A DNA stretch of 64,000 nucleotides, taken from an uncultured Ectothiorhodospiraceae bacterium (GTDB lineage Bacteria; Pseudomonadota; Gammaproteobacteria; JAABTG01). The stretch lies in the NCBI GenBank assembly GCA_964439835.1, contig CAYTPQ010000015.1, forward strand, positions 310-64,309. The letters are read 5' to 3'. The stretch's first letter is position 1; each line of letters opens with the position of its first letter. Below the pieces are notes generated by a model, which worked only from the letters and a program-made list of their open reading frames with translations, ran no database searches and was not told where the DNA came from. Below are positions 25,691 to 35,345 of the stretch, piece by piece. A program made the translations under genes and the position numbers.

Positions 25691-26464
25691 TCAGAGGAGC
25701 AACCGCCCCTCGAGATAGGCCTGCGCCGCGTCTGAGGTCGGTTGGTCGAAGAAGCGGCTCGCCACGCTCTGCTCGAGGACCTTTCCGCGGTGCATGAACA
25801 GCACGTCTTGGGCGAGCCGTCGTGCCTGCCCGAGGTCGTGCGTGACGAGCACCAGCTTGGTGCCGCTTTGCCGGGCCCCCCGGATCAGATCCTCTACGGC
25901 CAGGGTAGAGGCGGGGTCGAGATTGGCGGTGGGCTCGTCCAGGAACAGCACCTGCGGGCGGATGCTGAGCGCACGCGCAATGACCAGCCGCTGCTGCTCA
26001 CCGCCTGAGAGCACGCGCGCGGGGCGTCGTGCGAGATGGGTCAGCCGTGCCGCGTCGAGTACCGCCGCCAGTCGCACCCGCCGCTCCGCCGCCGGGATAC
26101 CCTGCACGCGCATCGCATAGTTGACGTTGGCGGCCGCCGACCGACGCAGCAGGACCGGACGCTGGAACACCATGGCCTGGTGTCGTGTGACGTCGCGGCT
26201 GCCCGCCGGTCGCCCGGCCCAGGACACCTCGCCGGCCGTGGGCTCCAGCAGCCCGTGCAGCAGCCGCAGCAGCAGGCTCTTGCCGGCCCCGTTCGGGCCC
26301 ATGATGACGGTGCAGGGACCTTCGTCGAGCGTCAGGTCGATGCCGTCGATAAGGCGCTGTCCCGCTCGCTCGAACACGAGCCCACGGACCCGAAGCGGCA
26401 GGATGCCGGACGCCGCGTTCGCCGCCTCCAGGCCGCCCGTCACCGCCAGCGTCGCGTCATGCAT
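25691..26464 (-). CDS. tupC: Tungstate ABC transporter ATP-binding protein
   Basis: GPNGAGKS, LSGGEQQR, LFLDEPT. Confidence 0.88.
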   Translation of the reverse strand: MHDATLAVTGGLEAANAASGILPLRVRGLVFERAGQRLIDGIDLTLDEGPCTVIMGPNGAGKSLLLRLLHGLLEPTAGEVSWAGRPAGSRDVTRHQAMVFQRPVLLRRSAAANVNYAMRVQGIPAAERRVRLAAVLDAARLTHLARRPARVLSGGEQQRLVIARALSIRPQVLFLDEPTANLDPASTLAVEDLIRGARQSGTKLVLVTHDLGQARRLAQDVLFMHRGKVLEQSVASRFFDQPTSDAAQAYLEGRLLL

Positions 26465-27164
26465 AGGCAGCCCGCGCGGCCGTCGCCCGCAGGGCCATCA
26501 CCAGCGCGTTCACCGTCACGGCGATGGTCACCAGGATCAGCCCCAGGGCCAGCGCGAGGGCGAGGTCGCCTCGGGAGGTCTCGAGCGCGATGGTGGTCGT
26601 CATGACCCGGGTCACGTGGTTGATGTTGCCGCCCACGATGATTACGGCACCCACCTCCGCGATGGCCCGACCGAATCCGGCCAGGGTCACGGTCAGCAGG
26701 CTGTACCGGCCGTCCCACAGCAGCGTGCCCACCGCCTGCAGGCGGCCCACACCCAGGGACCGGAGCTGCTCGTCCATCTCCGTCTGCAGGTCCTCGACCA
26801 CCTGCCGGGTCAGGGCGGCGATGATCGGTGTTACCAGCACTGTCTGGGCGATGACCATGGCCGTGGGGGTGTAGAGCAGGCCGAGGAAGCCGAGGGGGCC
26901 AGCGTTGGAGACCAGCAGGTAGACCAGCAGCCCCACGACCACCGGCGGCAGGCCCATCAGGGCGTTCACCAGCACGACGACGGCAGTCCGGCCGGGAAAC
27001 CGCGATACGCCGAGTGCTGCCCCGAGGGGGAAGCCGATGGCGCAGGCAACCGCAACCGCCGTCAGGCTGACCAGGAGGGAGAGGCTGACGATCTCGCCGA
27101 GGGCTGCGTCTCCCGACGCGATCAGCTGAAACGCGAGCGAGAAGGCTGAGCCGAGGTCCTGCAA
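26457..27164 (-). CDS. tupB: Tungstate ABC transporter permease
   Basis: MGLPPVVVGL, GFGRAIAEVGA, GGNI...TRVMTT motifs; TTG start with AGGAGG RBS. Confidence 0.9.
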   Translation of the reverse strand: MQDLGSAFSLAFQLIASGDAALGEIVSLSLLVSLTAVAVACAIGFPLGAALGVSRFPGRTAVVVLVNALMGLPPVVVGLLVYLLVSNAGPLGFLGLLYTPTAMVIAQTVLVTPIIAALTRQVVEDLQTEMDEQLRSLGVGRLQAVGTLLWDGRYSLLTVTLAGFGRAIAEVGAVIIVGGNINHVTRVMTTTIALETSRGDLALALALGLILVTIAVTVNALVMALRATAARAAYA

Positions 27165-27297
27165 AGCACCCTCCTGCGGAAGGCCGTGGTCTTCGAGTGA
27201 CAGAACGCTGCATTATGTGCTTCTATTTACAGAGTACCGTAGAGAAAGACGAATTACACCCCTGGTGACCTGGCGCCCCGCGCGGGGGCAGAGGCTC

Positions 27298-27404
27298 AGG
27301 GAGGCCCTGCGGAAGTCGCCACCCCGGCGCAGGCCGGTGCCCATCTTTCACCTGGATTCCGGCTTTCGCCGGAACGACGAACGGGGACTTGCTCAGCGCT
27401 TCCT
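27298..27404. repeat. REP-doublet / MITE-like element, family A
   Basis: Core CTGGATTCCGGCTTTCGCCGGAACGAC (27352-27378) with a degenerate inverted partner (27315-27343), enclosed by imperfect inverted termini GGGAGGCCCTGCGGAAGTC / GACTTGCTCAGCGCTTCCT. Confidence 0.7.
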
Positions 27405-27428
27405 CGGGCAGGTCGCTGGCCGGCTCCC

Positions 27429-28178
27429 GTGGTGGCCGAGACCGTGGGTGCTTGCGGGCGCCGGCTCGCGATAGAATTCAGCGCCCCGCCCTTCGGGCTG
27501 TACGCGTGCCGAGTGTTCGCCGTGCGCTGGTTCCCCGCCGATCAGCCCGACCCCCCGGTAGAGCAGCCCCCGGACGCTCGGCCTCACGAGCGCAGCGCGA
27601 TCACCGCCGTGGTCCTGGCCGGTGGCCGGGCTCGGCGGATGGGCGGGGAGGACAAAGGTCTGCTGCCCCTTGCCGGGCGGCCGATGGTCGAGCACATCGT
27701 GCGGGCACTCGAGCCGCAGGTGGGTGCGATCCTGATCAACGCCAACCGCAACCTGGAGCGTTACGAGACGCTGGGGCTGCCGGTGGTGCGCGACCGGATG
27801 GGGGATTTTTTCGGCCCGCTGGTCGGCATGGCGAGCGCGATGGAGCGGGCCTTGACGCCTTATCTGCTCACGGTTCCCTGCGACTCGCCCTTCGTGCCGG
27901 CCGACCTGGCGTCCAGGCTGTACTGGGCCCTGACGGACGCCGGCGCGGAATTGAGTGTTGCCCACGACGGCGAGCGCATGCAGCCGGTCTTCGCGCTGGT
28001 CGACTGTGCGCTCCTCCCGAGCCTGCTCGCCTACCTGGAGGCCGGGGGGCGCAAGATCGACACCTGGTACGCCCAGCACCGGGTGGCGCTCGCCGACTTC
28101 TCGGGTCGGGCGGAGGCGTTCCTCAACGTCAACACACCCGAGGACCAGGCCGAGGTGGAGCGTCGCCTCGTGCCGTAG
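27429..28178 (+). CDS. mobA: Molybdenum cofactor guanylyltransferase
   Basis: LAGGRARRMGGEDKG, GPLVGM, VPCDSPF, NVNTPED. True start probably downstream of 27429. Confidence 0.92.
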   Translation: MVAETVGACGRRLAIEFSAPPFGLYACRVFAVRWFPADQPDPPVEQPPDARPHERSAITAVVLAGGRARRMGGEDKGLLPLAGRPMVEHIVRALEPQVGAILINANRNLERYETLGLPVVRDRMGDFFGPLVGMASAMERALTPYLLTVPCDSPFVPADLASRLYWALTDAGAELSVAHDGERMQPVFALVDCALLPSLLAYLEAGGRKIDTWYAQHRVALADFSGRAEAFLNVNTPEDQAEVERRLVP

Positions 28179-28190
28179 GGGTGCGGAAAC

Positions 28191-28760
28191 TTGCCAGACC
28201 GCCCAGTCGCCATCGACGTCCCCGTGCTCGGCATCGCCGCCTGGAGCGGCACCGGGAAGACCACGCTGCTGGTGCGCCTGCTTCCCCTCTTGCGTCAGCG
28301 GGGGCTGCGGGTGGGGTTGGTCAAGCACGCGCACCACACCTTCGACGTCGATACCCCCGGCAAGGACAGCTACGAGCTGCGCGCGGCCGGCGCCTCGCCG
28401 GTGCTGGTGGCCTCGCGTCGGCGCTGGGCGCTGATGGCCGAGACCCCCGCGGAGGCCGACCCGGTGCTCTCGGATCTGTTGGCCCGCTTCGACGTGCGCG
28501 AGGTGGACCTGATCCTGGTCGAGGGCTTCAAGCACGAGGCCTTCCCCAAGCTGGAGCTGTATCGGGCCACCGTGGGTCGGCCACCGATGTACCCGGAAGA
28601 CCCTGACGTGCTGGCCGTGGCCACCGACGGCCCACTCGACATTCCCCCCGGGGTGCCGGTCCTGGACCTGAACCGGCCCCAGGAGATCGTGGAGTTCATC
28701 GCCGGCTTCATGGCCCTCTGGCGCGCGCGGCGGGCGGGATCGAGAGGGGTCCCGCGTTGA
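28191..28760 (+). CDS. mobB: Molybdopterin-guanine dinucleotide biosynthesis protein B
   Basis: AWSGTGKTTL, KHAHH, GKDSY, LVEGFK. Confidence 0.92.
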   Translation: MPDRPVAIDVPVLGIAAWSGTGKTTLLVRLLPLLRQRGLRVGLVKHAHHTFDVDTPGKDSYELRAAGASPVLVASRRRWALMAETPAEADPVLSDLLARFDVREVDLILVEGFKHEAFPKLELYRATVGRPPMYPEDPDVLAVATDGPLDIPPGVPVLDLNRPQEIVEFIAGFMALWRARRAGSRGVPR

Positions 28761-29995
28761 GCGCAATCGCGGCCGGCGATAGGCCGCTGCCGGTGGTCGA
28801 GGCGTGGCGTCGCATCGACGAGCGACTCGTGCCGCTCGCGGGGCGCGAGCGCCTGGCTCTGCGCTCCGCCCTCGGCCGGACGCTGGCAGAGGGCGTCGTC
28901 TCGCCTTTCAACGTCCCCGCCCACACCAACGCCGCGATGGACGGCTACGCCCTGCGTGCGGCGGACCTGCCCGAGAGCGGCACGGTTCGGCTGGCCGTCG
29001 TCGGTACGGCGTTGGCCGGGCGGCCCTTCGCGGGCGAGGTCCGAGCGGGGCAGTGCGTGCGGATCATGACCGGTGCGGTGCTCCCTGCCGGCGCCGATGC
29101 GGTGGTCATGCAGGAGCGGGTCACGGTGGCTGCCGAGGGGGTCGAGGTGGCGGCGGGCCTGCGCGCGGGCGAAAACGTCCGGCGGGCGGGCGAGGACCTG
29201 CGGGCGGGCGAGGACGCGGTCGCCGCAGGGCGGGTGCTGGGTCCTGCCGAGCTGGGTCTGCTGGCCTCCCTCGGGGTCACCGAGGTGACGGTCACGCGCC
29301 GCCCCCGGGTGGCCTTCTTCTCGACCGGCGACGAGCTGCGCTCGCCCGGCGAGCCGCTCGGCGAGGGTCAGATCTACGACAGCAACCGCTACACCCTCTT
29401 CGGCATGCTCACCCGGCTCGGCGCCGAGCCCGTCGACCTGGGGGTGGTGCGCGACACCCCGCAGGCCCTGCGGGCGGCGCTGGAGGAGGCCTCCGCCGCA
29501 GCCGACGTGGTGGTCACCAGCGGGGGGGTGTCGGTCGGCGAGGCGGACTTCGTGAAGGCGGTGCTCGCGGACCTCGGCGAGGTGAGCCTGTGGAAGGTGG
29601 CAATCAAGCCGGGCCGCCCCCTCGCCTTCGGCCGCCTCGGCTCCGCCTGGTTCTTCGGCCTGCCCGGCAACCCGGTGGCGGTGATGGTGACCTTCTACGC
29701 CTTCGTCCAGCCGGCCCTGCAGCGTCTGATGGGGCAGTCCGGCCCGCTCCCGCAGCGGTTCACGGTGCCGTGTCTCTCGCGCCTCGCCAAGCGCCCGGGG
29801 CGTACCGAGTACCAGCGCGGCATCCTGCGGCGGGACGCAGACGGGCGCCTCGCCGTGGAGAAGACCGGTGCCCAGGGCTCGGGGATCCTCAGCTCCATGA
29901 GCGCCGCCGACTGCTTCATCGTCCTGCCGCCCGAGCAGGGGACGGTCGAGCCCGGGGACCTGGTCGAGGTCGTGCCGTTCCACGGGCTGATCTGA
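28757..29995 (+). CDS. moeA: Molybdopterin molybdo-/tungstotransferase
   Basis: AAMDGYA, RIMTGA, STGDEL, YDSNRY, TSGGVSVG, GLPGNP. Confidence 0.95.
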   Translation: MSAIAAGDRPLPVVEAWRRIDERLVPLAGRERLALRSALGRTLAEGVVSPFNVPAHTNAAMDGYALRAADLPESGTVRLAVVGTALAGRPFAGEVRAGQCVRIMTGAVLPAGADAVVMQERVTVAAEGVEVAAGLRAGENVRRAGEDLRAGEDAVAAGRVLGPAELGLLASLGVTEVTVTRRPRVAFFSTGDELRSPGEPLGEGQIYDSNRYTLFGMLTRLGAEPVDLGVVRDTPQALRAALEEASAAADVVVTSGGVSVGEADFVKAVLADLGEVSLWKVAIKPGRPLAFGRLGSAWFFGLPGNPVAVMVTFYAFVQPALQRLMGQSGPLPQRFTVPCLSRLAKRPGRTEYQRGILRRDADGRLAVEKTGAQGSGILSSMSAADCFIVLPPEQGTVEPGDLVEVVPFHGLI

Positions 29996-30203
29996 GCGGC
30001 CGCGCCGCCCACACCCCGCCCCGACCCCCCGGCGCGTCGCCAGGGGCGTTGATATCGCTTATCCTTTGCCGTCCGCGCTTGGGGGAAAGATATATGTGTC
30101 CCCGGGGATTCCCGGAGGCGCGAGGACATCTATCGGAGGGGCTGGAGCCGGAACGACACAGGCTCCGGCTCGCTTCGGCCCAGCTCAATCAGGAGACTCG
30201 ATA

Positions 30204-31301
30204 ATGGCAGTGATCGATTTTGGCGGCGTGAAGGAAGAGGTCATCACACGGGACGAGTTCCCGATGTCGAGGGCCCTGGAGGTCCTCAAGAACGAGACCA
30301 TCGCGATCATCGGCTACGGCGTGCAGGGGCCGGCGCAGGGGCTGAACATGCGCGACAACGGCTTCAACGTGATCGTCGGTCAGGCGAAGGAGTTCGAGCG
30401 CGACTGGAACCGTGCGATCGAGGACGGCTGGGTCCCCGGCAAGACGCTGTTCGACATCGAAGAGGCCGCGCGGCGCGCCACCGTCATCCAGATGCTCGTG
30501 TCGGACGCGGCGCAGCGGGCGATCTGGCCCACGATCAAGAAGTGCCTGAACCCGGGCGACGCGCTGTACTTCTCGCACGGGTTTTCGATCACCTACAAGG
30601 ACCAGACCGGGGTCATCCCGCCCGAGAACGTGGACGTGATCCTGGTCGCGCCGAAAGGGTCGGGCACCTCGGTGCGCCGCAACTTCCTCTCCGGCGCCGG
30701 CATCAACTCGAGCTTCGCGGTGGAGCAGGACTACACCGGCAAGGCGAGAGAGCGCTGCATCGCCCTCGGGATCGCGGTGGGCTCGGGCTATCTGTTCCCG
30801 ACCACCTTCCAGCACGAGGTGTTCAGCGACCTCACCGGCGAGCGCGGCGTGCTGATGGGGGCGCTGGCGGGCATCATGGAGGCCCAGTACGAGGTGCTGC
30901 GCGAGCACGGCCACTCCCCGAGCGAGGCCTTCAACGAGACCGTCGAGGAGCTCACCGAGAGCCTGATCAAGCTGGTGAGCGAGCGCGGCATGGACTGGAT
31001 GTACGCCAACTGCTCGGCCACGGCCCAGCGCGGCGCCCTGGACTGGAAGCCAAAGTTCCGCGCGGCGGTGCTGCCGGTGTTCAAGGAGCTCTACGAGCGG
31101 GTGGCGTCGGGCGCGGAGACCACGCGCGTGCTCGAGTCCTGCGGTGCGCCGGACTACCAGAAGGGGTTGGCCGCCGAATTGTCGGAGATCGGCAACTCCG
31201 AGATGTGGCTGGCCGGTAAGGCCACCCGGTCCCTGCGTCCCAAGGAGCCCGCCAAGGAGATCACGGCGGAAACCCGCGGCGTCGGAGGGCGGCAGTACTA
31301 G
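30204..31301 (+). CDS. ilvC: Ketol-acid reductoisomerase (Bacteroidetes/fungal Ilv5-like type)
   Basis: IGYGVQG, FSHGF, VAPKGSG, SDLTGERGVLMG, EAFNETVEE, CSATAQRGALDW; AGGAG RBS before ATG 30204. Confidence 0.95.
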   Translation: MAVIDFGGVKEEVITRDEFPMSRALEVLKNETIAIIGYGVQGPAQGLNMRDNGFNVIVGQAKEFERDWNRAIEDGWVPGKTLFDIEEAARRATVIQMLVSDAAQRAIWPTIKKCLNPGDALYFSHGFSITYKDQTGVIPPENVDVILVAPKGSGTSVRRNFLSGAGINSSFAVEQDYTGKARERCIALGIAVGSGYLFPTTFQHEVFSDLTGERGVLMGALAGIMEAQYEVLREHGHSPSEAFNETVEELTESLIKLVSERGMDWMYANCSATAQRGALDWKPKFRAAVLPVFKELYERVASGAETTRVLESCGAPDYQKGLAAELSEIGNSEMWLAGKATRSLRPKEPAKEITAETRGVGGRQY

Positions 31302-31326
31302 GCAGGCGCTCCACCCGTCCCGTGCC

Positions 31327-31391
31327 GTCATTCCGGCGAAGCTGGGCTCCAGGGTAATCTGCGGCCTGGACCCAGGCTTTGCCGGGGTGAC
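31327..31391. repeat. REP-doublet, family A
   Basis: GTCATTCCGGCGAAGCTGGGCTCCAG ... CTGGACCCAGGCTTTGCCGGGGTGAC downstream of ilvC. Confidence 0.65.
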
Positions 31392-31496
31392 GGTCACCCC
31401 CCTGGGGTCCCACCCGTCGCCTTTCCCGCGTCGTGGGGTCCTCTTCAGGATGTTGGGCTCGCCAACGCGGGCGCCCCTGCGCAGCCGAAGGCAAGA

Positions 31497-32645
31497 GTGC
31501 CAGCCCCGGATAAGGGTCCGGTTCACCGTGAATCAGGTGGGGACCGGCGGTGCCGCACCGATGCGGCGCCAGGCAAGCCCAACGACCCGCCCGTCAGTGC
31601 TACCCTCGCCAGCGTTCACGCCCGGAAATCCCTCCGGGGGTTCCTCGGGGAGTCCCGTGCAGTGGCTCTGTACTACGGATCGTCGCTGCAGCGCATCCTC
31701 GACCGCTTCCCCAGCCTGCGCTACCCGCTGTGGCTGCTGGAGACGCTCCCCCTGCTGGTGTTCTGGGGCGTGAGTGGCGCGGTCTCTCCGGAGCGCGCCA
31801 GCCGCATGGGCCGCTGGCTGCTGGAGCGGATCGGCCCGCGCCTGCGCAAGCAGCGGCACGTCCTGCGCAACCTCCGGGTCGCCTTTCCGGACCACCCCCG
31901 CGACTGGACCGAGGCGGTGGCCCGCCAAGCGTGGGGGACCCTCGGCGCCGTGATGGCCGAGTACCCCCACCTGCACACCATCTGCCAGGTCGAGGGAGCC
32001 GAACGGCTCGAGGTCGTGATCGACGAGGGGGTCCAGTCGATCCGCGCGCACAAGCCGATGGTCTTTGTGACGGCGCACGTCGGCAACTGGGAGATGGTCC
32101 CCGGGACCCTCGTCGCGCGGCTCGGGCTCTCGGGGGCCGTGGTCTACGGGCCGCAGGAGAATCCTGTCGCCGACCGTCTGGTCCAGCACTTCCGCAAGGG
32201 GCTCGGGTGCGCTCTGGTGGCCAAGGATGCCAGCATGCGGCAGCTCGTTCGGGAGCTGCGCGAGGGGCGCTCGCTGGGCTTTGCGGTGGACCAGCGGGTC
32301 GACGGCAGCCCACTCATCCCCTTCTTCGGTGTGCCCGCGGCGACCGCCCTCAGTCCCGCCCGCCTGGCCTTGCGGTTCGGCTGCGAGTTGGTTCCGGTCA
32401 GGGTCGAGCGTCTGCCCGCCACGCGTTTTCGCGTGACCCTTGCCCGCCCCATCGGTGTCCCGCCACAGGGCAGCGACGAGGAGAAGGCCCTGCAGATGAC
32501 GGGGACCCTGAACGCCCTGTTCGAGTCCTGGATCCGGGAACGCCCCGGCGAGTGGGTGTGCACAAAGCGGCGCTGGTCGCAGGCGGAGGTGCGACGCCAG
32601 AAGGCATCCGCCCAGTCCGTAGATGTGCCGGACTTGGGGCGTTGA
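31497..32645 (+). CDS. Lipid A biosynthesis acyltransferase (LpxL/HtrB family)
   Basis: TAHVGNWE catalytic motif, AVDQR, FFGVPA, PGEWVCTKRRW. Start uncertain. Confidence 0.85.
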   Translation: MPAPDKGPVHRESGGDRRCRTDAAPGKPNDPPVSATLASVHARKSLRGFLGESRAVALYYGSSLQRILDRFPSLRYPLWLLETLPLLVFWGVSGAVSPERASRMGRWLLERIGPRLRKQRHVLRNLRVAFPDHPRDWTEAVARQAWGTLGAVMAEYPHLHTICQVEGAERLEVVIDEGVQSIRAHKPMVFVTAHVGNWEMVPGTLVARLGLSGAVVYGPQENPVADRLVQHFRKGLGCALVAKDASMRQLVRELREGRSLGFAVDQRVDGSPLIPFFGVPAATALSPARLALRFGCELVPVRVERLPATRFRVTLARPIGVPPQGSDEEKALQMTGTLNALFESWIRERPGEWVCTKRRWSQAEVRRQKASAQSVDVPDLGR

Positions 32646-32760
32646 GGAGCTGTCGCCCTCAGCCGGGCCCGTTAAAGATCCCGCCCCATCCGGTCGCAAC
32701 ACAGCGTGCAACGTGAGGTCTGCGGCCTCCGTAACACTCTGACCCCATGGGAGATGGAAG

Positions 32761-33324
32761 ATGACGCGCATGTCGAAGAAGAGCCAGGTCCTCCTCACTA
32801 CCCTGCTGGTGATGGGCGCCATGGTCCTGCACAGCGTGCCGGCCCGGGCGGCGCCGCCGGCGGACGTCGAGGCCAGAGTGCAGGCCTACAAGCAGAAGCT
32901 GATGGAGTGGGCCACAGACCCGACCATCGTCAAGGCGGTGAAGGAGTCCAACGCGAGCGGCGGCACGATCCCGGGCATGAACAACGGCAAGTGGGACGAG
33001 CTCGCGGAGAGCGACCCCCAGATCACCGCGATCCTGAACACCCCCGCCAGCAAGCTGGTCAAGCAGTGGGAAGGCGACAAGGGCATCAACAAGCTGTTCG
33101 TGCGCGACGAGAAGGGCAACATGGTGGCCGGCAGCGGCAAGAGCGTGGTCTACAACGCGGCCGCCCGCCCGCCGTTCAAGGAGGCGATGAAGGGCAAGCC
33201 CTGGAACGCGGACGAGGTGAAGCCCGACCCCACCACCCAGATCAAGAGCGTCCACGTCTCCGCCCCGATCATGGACGGCGGCGCGGTGATCGGCGTCATC
33301 CACACCGCGGTGACGGCCGAGTAG
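32761..33324 (+). CDS. Stand-alone exported PDC/Cache-like sensor domain protein
   Basis: Signal peptide, then KLFVRDEKGNMVA and DEVKPDPTTQIKSVHVSAPIMDGGAVIGVI; no cytoplasmic output domain. Confidence 0.7.
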   Translation: MTRMSKKSQVLLTTLLVMGAMVLHSVPARAAPPADVEARVQAYKQKLMEWATDPTIVKAVKESNASGGTIPGMNNGKWDELAESDPQITAILNTPASKLVKQWEGDKGINKLFVRDEKGNMVAGSGKSVVYNAAARPPFKEAMKGKPWNADEVKPDPTTQIKSVHVSAPIMDGGAVIGVIHTAVTAE

Positions 33325-33427
33325 CGCAAGGGCGGGGCGCGATCGCGCCCCCTCGTCGACGGGACCTGGCGAAGGCCGGCCACGGGTACATTCCCGGGCC
33401 GGCCTCGCCGAACTCTGGAATTCACGC

Positions 33428-35059
33428 GTGAATCCTTTCAACCGCTTTGGTGTCGCCGCCCGACTGGGCCTGGGTTTCGGCGTCGTCATTGCCCTGATGC
33501 TGACGATGCTGCTCGCGGGCCTCAGCCGCATGGCCATGATGCAGGCCAACCTGGAAGGCATCGTGCGGGAGGACTACGCCAAGATCACGCTGCTGAACAA
33601 GATGCGCGACGCAGTGCGCTTCCGCGGCATTGCCATGCGTGACGTGGTGCTGCAGGACGAATTCGGGTTCAAGCGCGAGGAAAGCAAGCGCATGCGGGAG
33701 GCGCGCGAGGCGTACAAGGCCGCCGACGCCGCCCTGGCGGAGCTGGTCCGCGACCCGGAAGGTCAGGCGATGATCGAGGCCATTCGTGCGACCGAGACCA
33801 AGGCCGCCGACCTGATCGTCGAGGTGATGAACGCCGCCCTCTCCGAGGACACGGCGACAGCCCAGGCCCTGATCCGGGACTCTGTGCGCGGGCAACAGCG
33901 GGCGCTGGTCAGCCAGCTGGACGCTATGCTCGCGAAGCTGGAGGAGCAGAGCGTCGCCAGGGAGAAGCAGGCCAGCGAGGCCTTCGCCCTGGCCCGCATG
34001 GTGATGCTGGCCGTCGGCGGGCTCGCACTCCTGGCGGGGATTCTGGTGGCCTGGCGGATCAGCCGCGGCCTGACCAGCCGGCTGGCGCGGGCGGCCGCGC
34101 TCGCCCAACGGATCAGCGAGGGTGACCTCACCGGTGAGGTGATGGACCGCGGCGCCGACGAAGTGGCGCAGTTGCTGCGCTCTCTGAACCAGATGAATCG
34201 TGGCCTGGCGGGCATCATCAGCCAGACCGCCGAGGCGTCGCGCCAGGTTACCGGCTCGGCGGGAGAGCTGTTCCGCACGATTCAGGACGTGTCCCGGCTT
34301 ACCGACAGCCAGACCGAGCAGGTGGTGCAGATCAGCGCCGCAATGGAGGAGATGGGTACGTCGATCGCCCAGGTGGCAAGCGACGCCAGCTCGGTCGCCG
34401 GGGCTGCCAATCAGGCCCGCGAGGTGGCTCAGGAAGGCAACCGGAACATGCAGCAGAGCGTCGAGGCCACTGCACGTATCGAGGACAGCGTGAGCCGTTC
34501 CAGCGTCGCCATCGACGAGCTGCGAGCGGAGATCGTGCAGATCTCCCAGGTCACCAAGGTGATCCGCGAGATCGCCGATCAGACCAATCTGCTGGCCCTG
34601 AACGCGGCCATCGAGGCGGCCCGTGCCGGTGAGCAAGGCCGCGGCTTCGCGGTGGTGGCGGACGAGGTGCGCACGCTGGCCGAGCGCACGTCGTCGAGCA
34701 CCCTGACCATCACCGAGACGGTGAACAGCGTCGGTGCCAAGACCGCCCGGGTGGTCGAGGCGATGGCCCAGGTGCGGTCCGACGTCCGCGACAATGCCCA
34801 GGTCAGCGAGACCACCCGTAAGCTGCTCGGCGACATCGTCACCGCGGCGAGCGACGTGAACCGCCTGATCCAGCACATCGCCGACGCCACCCGCGAGCAG
34901 ACCAACGCCAGCCACAGCACGGCCATGGCGATGGAGAAGATCAGCCAGATCAGCGAGAGCAACAGCGCGCGCATGCACGACATCGAGCACGCCGCCAGCA
35001 GCCTGACCGGCACCTCCGACAACCTGCGCGAGCTGGTGGGGCGCTTCCGACTCGGCTAG
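33428..35059 (+). CDS. Methyl-accepting chemotaxis protein (four-helix-bundle sensor, HAMP)
   Basis: Two TM helices, HAMP, signalling hairpin IADQTNLLALNAAIEAARAGEQGRGFAVVADEVR. Confidence 0.95.
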   Translation: MNPFNRFGVAARLGLGFGVVIALMLTMLLAGLSRMAMMQANLEGIVREDYAKITLLNKMRDAVRFRGIAMRDVVLQDEFGFKREESKRMREAREAYKAADAALAELVRDPEGQAMIEAIRATETKAADLIVEVMNAALSEDTATAQALIRDSVRGQQRALVSQLDAMLAKLEEQSVAREKQASEAFALARMVMLAVGGLALLAGILVAWRISRGLTSRLARAAALAQRISEGDLTGEVMDRGADEVAQLLRSLNQMNRGLAGIISQTAEASRQVTGSAGELFRTIQDVSRLTDSQTEQVVQISAAMEEMGTSIAQVASDASSVAGAANQAREVAQEGNRNMQQSVEATARIEDSVSRSSVAIDELRAEIVQISQVTKVIREIADQTNLLALNAAIEAARAGEQGRGFAVVADEVRTLAERTSSSTLTITETVNSVGAKTARVVEAMAQVRSDVRDNAQVSETTRKLLGDIVTAASDVNRLIQHIADATREQTNASHSTAMAMEKISQISESNSARMHDIEHAASSLTGTSDNLRELVGRFRLG

Positions 35060-35345
35060 CGCCTCAGCCGCCGTCCCGCCCTGAACGGCGCCCCGCGGAA
35101 ACGCTCGGCAGGGGCGCTGAATCCGTCGCTCTCTACCGCTCCGACGAAACTCTGCAGCGCGTCGAGGCGGCTCGTCGTTCTCTTTCTGGCAACGACGTGT
35201 TCTCGGAAGCCTCCCTTGTCCGCCCAGTCGGAACCCCGCGCTGGGAACCCACGGGGACGCAGGCCCTCAGAGGTTAAAGCCCCAGGACGATCCGGGGTCG
35301 TTTACGACGAGGGGCTCAAAGCCTCACAGCTGAGAGGTGAGCGAC

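Noticed and set aside
27165-27430. Moco/tungsten riboswitch upstream of tup/mob
   Set aside because: No recognisable conserved motif by eye; the structure present is explained by the repeat element. An Rfam scan would settle it.
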